Source: Verrucomicrobiota bacterium
Lineage (GTDB): Bacteria; Verrucomicrobiota; Verrucomicrobiia; JABWAM01
Length of the DNA stretch: 64,000 nt
Direction: 5' to 3'
Assembly (NCBI GenBank): GCA_013288215.1
Contig: JABDCI010000005.1
Coordinates: 2,962 to 66,961 of the forward strand
Position numbers and translations under genes: made by a program
In this document: positions 9,465 through 18,036 of the stretch, piece by piece
How positions within the stretch are numbered: position 1 is the stretch's first letter
Layout: the number at the start of each line of letters is the position of its first letter
Notes under the pieces: model-generated
The model's database searches: none
What the model saw: only the letters and a program-made list of their open reading frames with translations
What the model was told of the DNA's origin: nothing

Positions 9465-9534
9465 GGAAAAAAATACACCAAAACTAGGCATTTTTTGCCC
9501 ATTTTTGGCTTAAACCAGCTTTTTCCTCAAAAAA

Positions 9535-10191
9535 TTAGGGGTTTTCTGGGATTTTAGGAGCTCCCGGCAGGGTGGTAAAGAGTTCGGAAAAGACGTATTG
9601 GAAAAACATACGGGGTGATTCCAGGATGCTTTCGCTTCGGCGATTCGGATAAGCTGCCCTAAATTCGGAGAGATAATAGTTTCGTGCTCCATTGGCCACC
9701 AGGGTGAGCTGGCTATCGAGTGTCTCATCGATGGCCCAAGGCATGGTTTGTTTCGGAATATTCCAAAGCTTCATGGCTGTTCCAAGCAAGAGAGGGCGAT
9801 GGGGAGAACATGACGTGATGCGGCAGATCAAAATTCCGTCGGCCCCTTCTTTCGCGGCCCAAGGCAGTGCTTCCTCGAGCGTGAATTCCTCTTCATTGCG
9901 GCGTGGCTGCACGTCGGCACGGGAGGGGAGGACGACTTCAAAGGCATTGGCTTTTGTCAGTTCCTGGACGAGAAGTTCGTCAATATCCCGCAGCGTCATC
10001 ACGTCCGCCTTGCCAAATGAGGGCAGAACCATCACGCGCCGTGGAAGGGCGTCCCGGCCTTCCGAACTCACGCGGAAATTTTTGGGATGAAAGTAGGGCG
10101 GCATCGTGCGATCGACTTCGATATATTCGGTGCTCACGCAACCGCAGATCAAGAGAGCGGTGACAGCCGGGATCAAGATTCGAATGTTCAT
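9535..10191 (-). CDS. Lipoprotein of unknown function
   Basis: The signal peptide carries a lipobox, ALLICGC. There is a 4-nt ATGA overlap with the upstream REC-HD-GYP gene. Confidence 0.75.
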   Translation of the reverse strand: MNIRILIPAVTALLICGCVSTEYIEVDRTMPPYFHPKNFRVSSEGRDALPRRVMVLPSFGKADVMTLRDIDELLVQELTKANAFEVVLPSRADVQPRRNEEEFTLEEALPWAAKEGADGILICRITSCSPHRPLLLGTAMKLWNIPKQTMPWAIDETLDSQLTLVANGARNYYLSEFRAAYPNRRSESILESPRMFFQYVFSELFTTLPGAPKIPENP

Positions 10192-11399
10192 ACAGAAATG
10201 AAGAGGCGTTGGGTAAGGGGGTCGGACACGTTGTGTTGTAGGATATAGTGGATCAGCTTGGGAGTCAGAATTTGACCTTTCGGCACGAGGAGAACGCCGG
10301 AGGCGCTCGAGACGTTGCAGGAGAGTTTCATGCCGGCTTCGAGTTCACTGATGAGAACTTCGCGTTCGCGCTCGGCCATTTCAGGACGGTCCTGAAGGAT
10401 GCGCAGAAAGGCGCGTCCCACCTCGGGATGAAATCGCGTTCCCAGATTATCCTCGATGAACCGGGCGGCGTCCGTGCGTTCCATGGGCACCTCGTCATAG
10501 GCGTCAGGAATCGCGAGGATCGCGGCAAGGAGAGGAAGGCGGTCTCCCGCGAGCCCATTGGGATAGCCGTTGCCGTTGAACCATTCGTGATGCGCGAGAA
10601 TGATTTCCGGCACGCCCTTTTGCTGGAGAAATTGCACGAGCTCGGAGCCTGTTTTCGGATGGGCATGAAGGGCTGCCTGCTGCGAGGGAGAGAGATCATT
10701 CCAGCCGAGCTGCTGGCAGGAGTGCGCGGAGCGGGAGACGCTGATGAGGCCGATGTCGTGCATCTCAGCGGCCATTTCGAGGCTGTTGAGTTCCTCGGGA
10801 GAAAGTTGAAATGTTTTCCCGATGGCGGTCGCCCATTTGGCGACTCGCGACGAATGGCTGGCAAGGACGTGGTCAAAGTGATCGAGCAAATCGAAGCAGA
10901 GCCTTACCGAATTCGAAAGCGCCTGTTGGAGCGCCATATTTGTCTTCTGAAGCTCTTCGTTTCCTGCAATGAGCGCCGCCTGGAGGCGCTGGTTTTCCTG
11001 CACGAGGCGGAAACGCTCCATGGCTTCCCGAAGCGTGAGTTGCACATTCTCCGCAGTGCAGGGCTTCGTGATGAAGCGGAAGATTTCCCCGTCATTGATG
11101 GCTGTGAGGGCGACCTGCGTTTCGGGGAAGCCGGTGATCAGGATGCGCAGCGTCTCAGGCCTGGAACGTTTCAATTCGCGACAAAAATCGAGCCCGTTGC
11201 CGTCGGGCAGCGCTTGGTCGAAGAGAAGCACGCTGATATTTTTGTTTTCGGCGAGGCATTTGCGTGCCGCCGCGATTGTGGAAGCTTGGAGGCTGATGCA
11301 GCCCATGTCTTGGACGATCTCGCCAAGAAGCTCGAGCAGCTGCTCATCGTCGTCGACGATCAGGACCGTGTTTTTGATTGAAGAAATTTCGGCGCTCAT
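10188..11399 (-). CDS. Response regulator with an HD-GYP (c-di-GMP phosphodiesterase-type) output domain
   Basis: The REC domain reads VLIVDDDEQLL...LLFDQALPDG...KP. The HD-GYP domain reads AAEMHDIGLISV ... HHEWFNGNGYPNGLAG. Confidence 0.9.
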   Translation of the reverse strand: MSAEISSIKNTVLIVDDDEQLLELLGEIVQDMGCISLQASTIAAARKCLAENKNISVLLFDQALPDGNGLDFCRELKRSRPETLRILITGFPETQVALTAINDGEIFRFITKPCTAENVQLTLREAMERFRLVQENQRLQAALIAGNEELQKTNMALQQALSNSVRLCFDLLDHFDHVLASHSSRVAKWATAIGKTFQLSPEELNSLEMAAEMHDIGLISVSRSAHSCQQLGWNDLSPSQQAALHAHPKTGSELVQFLQQKGVPEIILAHHEWFNGNGYPNGLAGDRLPLLAAILAIPDAYDEVPMERTDAARFIEDNLGTRFHPEVGRAFLRILQDRPEMAEREREVLISELEAGMKLSCNVSSASGVLLVPKGQILTPKLIHYILQHNVSDPLTQRLFISV

Positions 11400-12364
11400 G
11401 ATGGATCTCCAAGAGAGGCAGCGCCGTTGCCGGTTGCGGGATCGGCGCGCTTGCGGGGCATGAGGCTGTCGACAAGAGTGCCGATTTTCTGCGCTTCCTC
11501 TTGGATCTGATTCGTAACCACCAACACATCCTCTTTTAATTCAAAGTTTTCGACGAGAAAATTCCAGGCCGGGGTTTCTGTGAAAAAGCCCTGCACCGGT
11601 TCCATGTTCCCGGAGCATCCGACCTGGTGAAGGCGCGCGAGAAAATCAGCGACATTCACGATCGCACCGATTTCCTGGTCCTTCACGGCAAGCTTCCAGT
11701 TGTGATGGCAGCGCACCGCCTCATAGACCGCGGGAGGGACATTTTGTCGTTCAAGGTACCATCCACCGAGCGCTCCGTGGTCGGTGTCGAAATAGAGTCG
11801 TTCGGCCTGATGGAAACTGAGGTTTTCAGCCCGCGCTTTGCTGATGACGAAGCCGAAGCCCTCCGGGGAGAGCATCGCGATCACGAGTTTGCCGACATCG
11901 TGCAGGAGCCCGGACATGTAATCCAGCTCGGGATTGTTTTTGGCGCGTTTGAACCGTTTGCCGAGGGAGCATGAAAATTGTGCGGTGGCGATGCAGTGAC
12001 GCCAGAAATCCTCCCAGACGAAACCTGACCGATCTTGAGGACTCAACACCTCGACACAGTGGGTCGTCATGCTAAGCATGCGAAGCTGTTCGACGCCGAG
12101 AAAAAGGACTGCCTCATCGATGTCCACGACCGGCTCCGGGCGCGCGTAATAAGCGGAGTTGGCCATCCGCAAAAGACGCACGGAAAGCGATGGATCGCGC
12201 GAAATCTCCTGGCCGATCTGCGCAATGGTGGCCTTGGGATCGCTCGTGTAGGCGCCGAGTTTTTTCAGAATACCCTTCAGTGTGGGCAAATGACCCACTG
12301 AACTTTCCTTTTCCAGGCGCTTCCTCAGCGCTGGCATGAGCAAAATGGAGGATGAGGGAACCAC
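11396..12364 (-). CDS. HDOD-domain signalling protein
   Basis: LPTLKGILKKLGAYTSDPKATIAQIGQEISRDPSLSVRLLRMANSAYY and LLHDVGKLV are typical of HDOD domains. There is a 4-nt overlap with the downstream regulator. An alternative ATG start lies at 12337. Confidence 0.85.
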   Translation of the reverse strand: MVPSSSILLMPALRKRLEKESSVGHLPTLKGILKKLGAYTSDPKATIAQIGQEISRDPSLSVRLLRMANSAYYARPEPVVDIDEAVLFLGVEQLRMLSMTTHCVEVLSPQDRSGFVWEDFWRHCIATAQFSCSLGKRFKRAKNNPELDYMSGLLHDVGKLVIAMLSPEGFGFVISKARAENLSFHQAERLYFDTDHGALGGWYLERQNVPPAVYEAVRCHHNWKLAVKDQEIGAIVNVADFLARLHQVGCSGNMEPVQGFFTETPAWNFLVENFELKEDVLVVTNQIQEEAQKIGTLVDSLMPRKRADPATGNGAASLGDPS

Positions 12365-12577
12365 GGTTCATCATCTTGTAAAGCAGGAGGTATGCCAAGG
12401 AATCACAGGTGAGACAGTCTGTCATTCTCCGCTGCCATCCTCGAAAAGGAAGATTTCACGTTTCATGGGTGTGGAAAGGCAGGACAGTCCGCGTTTCCAT
12501 TTCAGGTATTAATTGCCTATTCCTCAGAGGATAGCTGTTGAGTTGACAACCTTTCCCGGGTGGGTCATTTCATCTGC

Positions 12578-13138
12578 ATGGCGCTCACCTATTCAACGAG
12601 GAAAGAAATCGGGAAACCGGCGGTCGATTTTGCTCTGAAAGGGACCGATGACAAGACGTATTCGCTCTCTGATTTCAGCGGCGCGAAGGCGCTTGGGATC
12701 ATTTTTATGTGCAACCATTGTCCGTACGTCATCGCGGTCCAGAAGCGCATCAATGCGCTCGCGAAAGAATATGCTCCCCGGGGTGTGCGCATCGTGGGAA
12801 TCAATTCCAATGATTCGATGTGTTATCAAGAAGACAGTTTTGATGCCATGAAAACCCGCGCCCGGGAAGAAGGATATCGTTTTCCGTATCTTTGGGATGA
12901 GACACAAGACGTCGCGCGTGCGTATGGTGCCGTGTGCACTCCGGATCCCTTTGTATACGAGCGCGTCGGATCCGAATTTCTTCTGCGATATCACGGCCGC
13001 ATTGACGACTCTTGGCAGGATGAAAAATCGGTCCGTCACCGAGAGCTGGCTCTCGCTCTGGACGCGATGCTTCAAGGCAAACCTGCGCCTTCTGATCAAA
13101 AACCATCCATGGGCTGCAGCATCAAATGGAAACGGTGA
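12578..13138 (+). CDS. Thioredoxin-fold AhpC/TSA (redoxin)-family protein
   Basis: It shows AVDFALKGTDDKTYSLSDF, FMCNHCPYV, and GCSIKWK at the C-terminus. I preferred the ATG at 12578 over the GTG at 12560. Confidence 0.8.
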   Translation: MALTYSTRKEIGKPAVDFALKGTDDKTYSLSDFSGAKALGIIFMCNHCPYVIAVQKRINALAKEYAPRGVRIVGINSNDSMCYQEDSFDAMKTRAREEGYRFPYLWDETQDVARAYGAVCTPDPFVYERVGSEFLLRYHGRIDDSWQDEKSVRHRELALALDAMLQGKPAPSDQKPSMGCSIKWKR

Positions 13139-13833
13139 CTTTACGCGCGGCGCGTCTTGTTCTGACCATCGCGTGCCTGGTCATGGGTTCCGTGCGAGCC
13201 TCGGATCATGCGTCCTCGGCGATCTCACCCGATGAGGCGCTCCGTCGATTGGAGGCGGGCAATGAGCGTTTTGCCAGCGGAAAAACAGAGCATCCGGCGC
13301 AGGATGCACATCGCCGGCAGGAACTCATCAGCGGCCAGTCTCCGTTCGCCATCGTGCTCGGATGCAGTGATTCGCGCGTGCCGCCGGAAATTGTCTTCGA
13401 TCAGGGGCTGGGCGAAATTTTCGATGTCCGTGTGGCCGGCAACGTGCTCGATCCAGCCACTCTTGCGAGCCTCGAATATGCGGTCGACCACTTGGGTTCG
13501 CGGCTTATCCTCATTCTCGGGCACGAAAAATGCGGTGCCGTTCAAGCGGCGCTCTCTCTTTCGAAGGGTGCCTCGGCAGGTTCGCCGGATTTGGATTCGC
13601 TTGTCCATTCGATTCAGCTGAATGTCCGCGGCGATCACCTCGATGACCCTTTGCTGCGCCAGCCGGTCCGGCACCAAGTCGACGGCGTTGCCCAGGATTT
13701 ATTAAAACGCTCGAATCTGATCCGGAAAAAAGTGGATGCCGGCGAAGTTCGTGTCGTTCGTGGAATATATGCGCTCAGTTCAGGCCGAGTGGCGTTTTGG
13801 GATGACTCCTTAGCATCTTCGGACAGCCGCTAA
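13126..13833 (+). CDS. Secreted beta-class carbonic anhydrase
   Basis: It has an N-terminal signal peptide, LVLTIACLVMGSVRA. The family motifs are GCSDSRVPPE, HEKCGAV and EYAV. Confidence 0.85.
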   Translation: METVTLRAARLVLTIACLVMGSVRASDHASSAISPDEALRRLEAGNERFASGKTEHPAQDAHRRQELISGQSPFAIVLGCSDSRVPPEIVFDQGLGEIFDVRVAGNVLDPATLASLEYAVDHLGSRLILILGHEKCGAVQAALSLSKGASAGSPDLDSLVHSIQLNVRGDHLDDPLLRQPVRHQVDGVAQDLLKRSNLIRKKVDAGEVRVVRGIYALSSGRVAFWDDSLASSDSR

Positions 13834-14270
13834 CGGTTTTCAAAGGCTTCGCCTGCGACTTCCTCGACGCCGTACCAAAAGGCGTGGGTGCGGCCTTGCT
13901 TGGATAGATCGTCGTGTTTGGCAAGTCGGAAGACGGGTCGGATGCCATTCCAATGGGCGTCGGAGGTCACCTCGAGAAGCGCCCGGTTGATCCGCAGACT
14001 TATGATTTCAAGGATGCCAAGCTCGTGGCTATGCCGTTCTCCCCAGGTAATCTCACCTTGAAGCGTTTTAAAGGCAGCCAGACCTTGTTTTCCCTTCAAA
14101 TCCAGCCAATCGACCTCTAGCAGGTAGGGGGAATGGCAGTCAGCCAGCAGGCAAACTTCAACCCGGATGCGGCTGTAATTCCAATCCTTTTCCGAGTAGC
14201 GCTGAAGAGCTTGATTGATGGCTTCCACCCACGTCTGCATGTGGGAGGGGTTGATCGGATCGACACTCAT
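13830..14270 (-). CDS. Hypothetical protein (146 aa)
   Basis: It is the only long ORF in this interval and has plausible amino-acid composition. I recognise no motif. Confidence 0.55.
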   Translation of the reverse strand: MSVDPINPSHMQTWVEAINQALQRYSEKDWNYSRIRVEVCLLADCHSPYLLEVDWLDLKGKQGLAAFKTLQGEITWGERHSHELGILEIISLRINRALLEVTSDAHWNGIRPVFRLAKHDDLSKQGRTHAFWYGVEEVAGEAFENR

Positions 14271-14335
14271 TCAAAAAATGTGAGTTTTTTTTGAACAAAA
14301 GACAAGGTCCCCTTGTCTTAATTATGGCCTTACTC

Positions 14336-14400
14336 GGGCACCGACGTTTTTGAGAGAATCATGTCTCTCACCTCCTTGGCGTACGGTGCCCGTTTTTTTT
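14336..14400 (+). terminator. Terminator-like nested hairpin with a U8 tract
   Basis: GGGCACCG (14336-14343) pairs with CGGTGCCC (14384-14391). An inner GAGAGA/TCTCTC stem sits inside. The structure is followed by gTTTTTTTT (14392-14400). Confidence 0.45.
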
Positions 14401-14441
14401 AGTTTGAACTGTTCCCGCCGAGTCGGCATTTGTCACAGGAA

Positions 14442-14464
14442 CGCAACAGAGTTGCGCCCTTTTT
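14442..14464 (+). terminator. Second terminator/attenuator-like hairpin in the leader of the response regulator gene
   Basis: CGCAAC (14442-14447), an aga loop, then GTTGCG (14451-14456), followed by cccTTTTT. It lies about 28 nt upstream of the ATG at 14492. Confidence 0.35.
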
Positions 14465-14491
14465 GTAACTTGCTCGCGGCAGGATGGTTTC

Positions 14492-15187
14492 ATGCCAGAT
14501 CTTATATTGATTGTGGAGGATGAGCCGGATGTTTCCGACTTGCTCGTTTTCACGTTTAAAAGCGCTGGATTCGCGGTGGTCTCCACACGGGATGGAGGCG
14601 AGGTGCTGAATCTCATCAAGCAAAAGCCCCCCTCGCTCGTGATTCTGGATCTCATGCTGCCTGGCATGGACGGAACCGATGTCTGTCGCGCCCTGAAACG
14701 TGATTCCAAGTTTTCCTCCATTCCCATCATGATGCTGACGGCAAAGGCTGAAGAAACGGATCGCATTGTGGGGCTGGAGTTGGGGGCTGATGATTATATC
14801 ACGAAACCCTTTAGCCCTCGTGAAATCGTGTTGCGGGCCAAGTCGATTTTGCGTCGGCATCACACGCCGCATCAAACGGGGGACGAAGTCATGCGCGCGG
14901 ATGAGTTGCAGGTCGATCTGGGACGGCACATGGTCACGATCAAAGGAAAGGCTGTCGATTTGACCGCGACGGAATTCAAACTCCTATCGATTCTCTTGGA
15001 ACGGCGCGGCCGGGTGCAGACAAGGGACCGTTTGCTCAGCGATGTTTGGAATTATGATGCAAGCATCGACACTCGAACCGTCGACACTCACGTGCGGCGC
15101 CTTCGAGAAAAAGTGGGTGCCAAGATCGCGCGGCAAATCGAAACAGTGCGCGGGGTGGGATATCGTTTTTCAGAAACCCATTCCTAG
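14492..15187 (+). CDS. OmpR/PhoB-family response regulator
   Basis: The REC domain reads ILIVEDEPDVSDLL ... LDLMLPGMDG ... KP. The winged-helix C-terminus reads TATEFKLLSILLER ... VDTHVRRLREKV ... TVRGVGYRF. Confidence 0.92.
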   Translation: MPDLILIVEDEPDVSDLLVFTFKSAGFAVVSTRDGGEVLNLIKQKPPSLVILDLMLPGMDGTDVCRALKRDSKFSSIPIMMLTAKAEETDRIVGLELGADDYITKPFSPREIVLRAKSILRRHHTPHQTGDEVMRADELQVDLGRHMVTIKGKAVDLTATEFKLLSILLERRGRVQTRDRLLSDVWNYDASIDTRTVDTHVRRLREKVGAKIARQIETVRGVGYRFSETHS

Positions 15188-15225
15188 CATTGCTCAAAGC
15201 GCCGGAGTCTGCTGAGAATATCGAC

Positions 15226-16512
15226 ATGGCCGCGCTCATCGTTTTTGTATTGGCGGTTGCAACGGTGGCCTTGATGTTGGTGAAGACCCGGCGAGTTCTC
15301 GAAACCATCTATCGCCAGATCGGTCGAAGACGCGAGGAGCTGGGGCTGCCTCCGTTGTCGGGCGAGTTTTCCATCTGGAAGGAGCCGGGCCGTCTTTGGG
15401 TGGAAATCGCGGAGTTGCAGGTTGCCGAGAAGCAGTCTGAGCTTCGCGCGAAGAACACGCAATTCGTTCTCTCCGCCCTCCTTCAAGGCATGTTCGAGGG
15501 AGTCGCGGTGGTTGATGCACAGGGGAAAATTCGCGCGGCGAACGAGGCCTTGAAACGCATTTTTGGAGCCACATCCGATGTGGTCGGCCTTTCCCTTTCA
15601 GAAGCATTTCGCAACAAGGAGATTTATGACCTCTTTCAGCGCGCGCTTCAGGAAGGACAGGTATTGCACCACACGATGGAGATTGGCACGCCCGCGCAGA
15701 GGTTGCTCGAGGTGAACGCTTCCGCGGTGCTTGGATCCGATGGAAAGGCGAATGGCACCGTCCTGGTTTTGCATGATCAGACGAGGCTCAAGCATCTCGA
15801 GAACACGCGCAAACAATTTGTTGCGAATGTATCGCATGAGATTCGGACTCCGCTCAGCATTGTGAAAGGCTACCTGGAGGCATTGAATGACAATCCTGGA
15901 CTCGATGCTCCGCAACGAAAGCAATTTATCCAGATCATGCATCGCAACACCGAGCGGATCTCAAGCCTTGTGCGCGATCTTTTGCTTCTTTCCAAGTTGG
16001 AGTCGAAGGAGGCACAGGACTCGTTTGAATCGGTGGATATCCACGCGCTGCTCAAGCAAGCATCGGAAGATTTCAAGCCGGTTTGCGCGGAACAAAAAAT
16101 CGTTTTGAACGTGACGCCCACTCTCGAAAGCTTGCGTGCACGGGGCGATCCGAGCCGGCTGCGACAGGTGATGGACAACCTCCTCGACAACGCGGTCCGC
16201 TACTCGCCGGCCCATTCCAAGATCACGTTGAGCGCGCAATCAGAAAAATCGTTGATTAAGGTTTCTGTGGTGGATCAAGGCTGCGGCATTTCGGAGACGG
16301 ATATCCCGCATCTTTTCGAGCGATTTTATCGCGCAGAAAAATCTCGCGGCCGCGCTCCGGGTTCCAAAGACTCACATGGGGGAACCGGTCTCGGATTGAG
16401 CATCGTGCAGCAGATCGTGCAGCAGCACGGCGGCCAAGTTTGGGTGGAGAGCGAAATCGGCCGTGGATCGACTTTTTTCTTCACGATCCCGCGGCTGGAT
16501 GGCTCAGGCTAG
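15226..16512 (+). CDS. PhoR-like sensor histidine kinase (TM, PAS, HisKA, HATPase_c)
   Basis: The H-box is VSHEIRTPLSIVKGY. The N and G boxes are LDNAVRYSP, VVDQGCGI and GGTGLGLSIV. A PAS-like segment reads FEGVAVVDAQGKIRAANEAL. An alternative TTG start lies at 15190. Confidence 0.9.
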   Translation: MAALIVFVLAVATVALMLVKTRRVLETIYRQIGRRREELGLPPLSGEFSIWKEPGRLWVEIAELQVAEKQSELRAKNTQFVLSALLQGMFEGVAVVDAQGKIRAANEALKRIFGATSDVVGLSLSEAFRNKEIYDLFQRALQEGQVLHHTMEIGTPAQRLLEVNASAVLGSDGKANGTVLVLHDQTRLKHLENTRKQFVANVSHEIRTPLSIVKGYLEALNDNPGLDAPQRKQFIQIMHRNTERISSLVRDLLLLSKLESKEAQDSFESVDIHALLKQASEDFKPVCAEQKIVLNVTPTLESLRARGDPSRLRQVMDNLLDNAVRYSPAHSKITLSAQSEKSLIKVSVVDQGCGISETDIPHLFERFYRAEKSRGRAPGSKDSHGGTGLGLSIVQQIVQQHGGQVWVESEIGRGSTFFFTIPRLDGSG

Positions 16513-17203
16513 TTGCCAAGAGATAGGTTCCGACGAGAAAAATCAGTGCGGAGCTTAGGATGGGAAGATAGCGTGTCCACCTTTGGGCGTTATCCCAGTA
16601 ACGTTCCATCATGCGGGCTGCTTGTTGCATGGCCACACAGGAGGCGAGGACCACCAGGCCGAGGCCCAGGCTAAAGACGGTTACAAGGAGCACTCCTCGT
16701 GCGGGGCTATGGGTCGTCCATGCCATGACCAGGACGGCAAGACCGCTCATGCAAGGAACGGCCCCGCTACAAAAACCAACGAAAAAGATTTCACGAAGCG
16801 AGGATGGAGCGGCGTGGTGATGGTGAAAATCGTGATGATGGAAAAAATGTCCCTGACAGCCATGCTCGCTCAGTTGCTCGTCGGCATGAAAGTGCGCCTT
16901 GCGTTCGCTCCAAAACATCCAGAACCCAATGGCCATCATCAACCCGGCGCCGACACGCATGCTCCATGTTTCCATGGAATCCGAGGAAAAAAGCGGACCG
17001 AGGAAGAAGCCCGCCAGGGCCATGGCGAAGATGGTCACAGTATGAGCAAGAGTGACTGTCAACGCGAAGACAAGAGCTTCCACGAGTGTGCGCCGACGGT
17101 TCAAAAAGTAGGATGCGAGCACGGCCTTGGCATGGCTTGGCTCAAGGCTATGAAGGAGGCCCAGTACGAAAGCGGACACAAGTGTGAGCGAAGGGATGGG
17201 CAT
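16481..17203 (-). CDS. NicO/RcnA-family nickel/cobalt efflux permease
   Basis: The N-terminus LGLLHSLEPSHAK is typical. The protein is multi-TM with a His-rich loop, HFHADEQLSEHGCQGHFFHHHDFHHHH. Confidence 0.75.
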   Translation of the reverse strand: MPIPSLTLVSAFVLGLLHSLEPSHAKAVLASYFLNRRRTLVEALVFALTVTLAHTVTIFAMALAGFFLGPLFSSDSMETWSMRVGAGLMMAIGFWMFWSERKAHFHADEQLSEHGCQGHFFHHHDFHHHHAAPSSLREIFFVGFCSGAVPCMSGLAVLVMAWTTHSPARGVLLVTVFSLGLGLVVLASCVAMQQAARMMERYWDNAQRWTRYLPILSSALIFLVGTYLLATSLSHPAAGS

Positions 17204-17249
17204 GACAATTCAGGATGCCCGTAAAGCAAATCATTTGCAATCGTAATCA

Positions 17250-17284
17250 AAAAGAAAGCCCTTTTCTGGAGAAAAAAGGGCTTT
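17250..17284 (-). terminator. Rho-independent terminator after ORF 17299-17799
   Basis: AAAGCCCTTTT (from 17255) pairs with AAAAGGGCTTT (to 17284). On the minus strand the stem is followed by a TTTCTTTTT run. It lies 15 nt downstream of the stop. Confidence 0.7.
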
Positions 17285-17298
17285 AAAGGACCGGGAAG

Positions 17299-17799
17299 TT
17301 ATTTCGAAGAACTAATCTTCAGATCTTTGACCCAGACGGATTTGCCTTTGCCTTCCACGATAATGACGACGACAAATGACTTTTTGCCGGTCCATCCGGT
17401 GGCGGTCTTGATCTCTCCCTTGGCAATGCCGTCGGCGCTCGAGGGAGGGACGACGATATAAATCTGAGACCAGTCGAGCGGCGCCACTCCAATTTTGAAT
17501 GCGCTTCCTTCGTCCACCTTGTTAATCATCGCTTCGAAAAACGGGGTCTGATCAAGATCAACGTCCTTCACGACGAAGGCGACCTTACCCCATGTGTCCT
17601 TGCCATTTTGAGTCACCTTAATCACTCCGGGTTCCGCCTGCTCGATCGTTGCCATAAACCCAGGATCCTGAACATTGCTATACCAACCCTGCGTCGAGGA
17701 ACAATCTGAATGCCATCCCACGAGCTCTTCCGCCATGGCGACCGATCCTGCTGCCAAACAACCTCCCAAAACCAGTCCTAACCATTTCTTCGAAACCAT
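17299..17799 (-). CDS. Small secreted protein of unknown function (paralog A)
   Basis: The signal peptide is LGLVLGGCLAAGSVAMA. By eye it is roughly two-thirds identical to ORF 18037-18540. Shared blocks include EQAEPGV.KVTQ.GKDTWGK.AFVVKD and ATGWTGKKSF.VVIIVEGKGK. Confidence 0.8.
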   Translation of the reverse strand: MVSKKWLGLVLGGCLAAGSVAMAEELVGWHSDCSSTQGWYSNVQDPGFMATIEQAEPGVIKVTQNGKDTWGKVAFVVKDVDLDQTPFFEAMINKVDEGSAFKIGVAPLDWSQIYIVVPPSSADGIAKGEIKTATGWTGKKSFVVVIIVEGKGKSVWVKDLKISSSK

Positions 17800-18036
17800 T
17801 GTATTACCTTTGTTTTTTTAAGTTTCTGATCCCGAGGTCTTCTCATGAGACGCTCATTGAAACAATAATGTAAAGGAATTCACATGTTTTTGTCAAGATT
17901 CATCAGAAAAATGTGAATGTTGACCTGTTCACAACCCCATGGGATTTTTGCTTTTACTTATTGTATTCGCATTCTGTAAACAACTTACACGAAGACGTTA
18001 CAGGAAAATTGATTAAAAAACCGGCTTTGGAATGGT

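Noticed and set aside
10248-11381. 377-aa plus-strand ORF
   Set aside because: It lies entirely antisense to the REC-HD-GYP regulator, which has unambiguous motifs. Its composition is Arg/Gly/Glu-rich and shadow-like.
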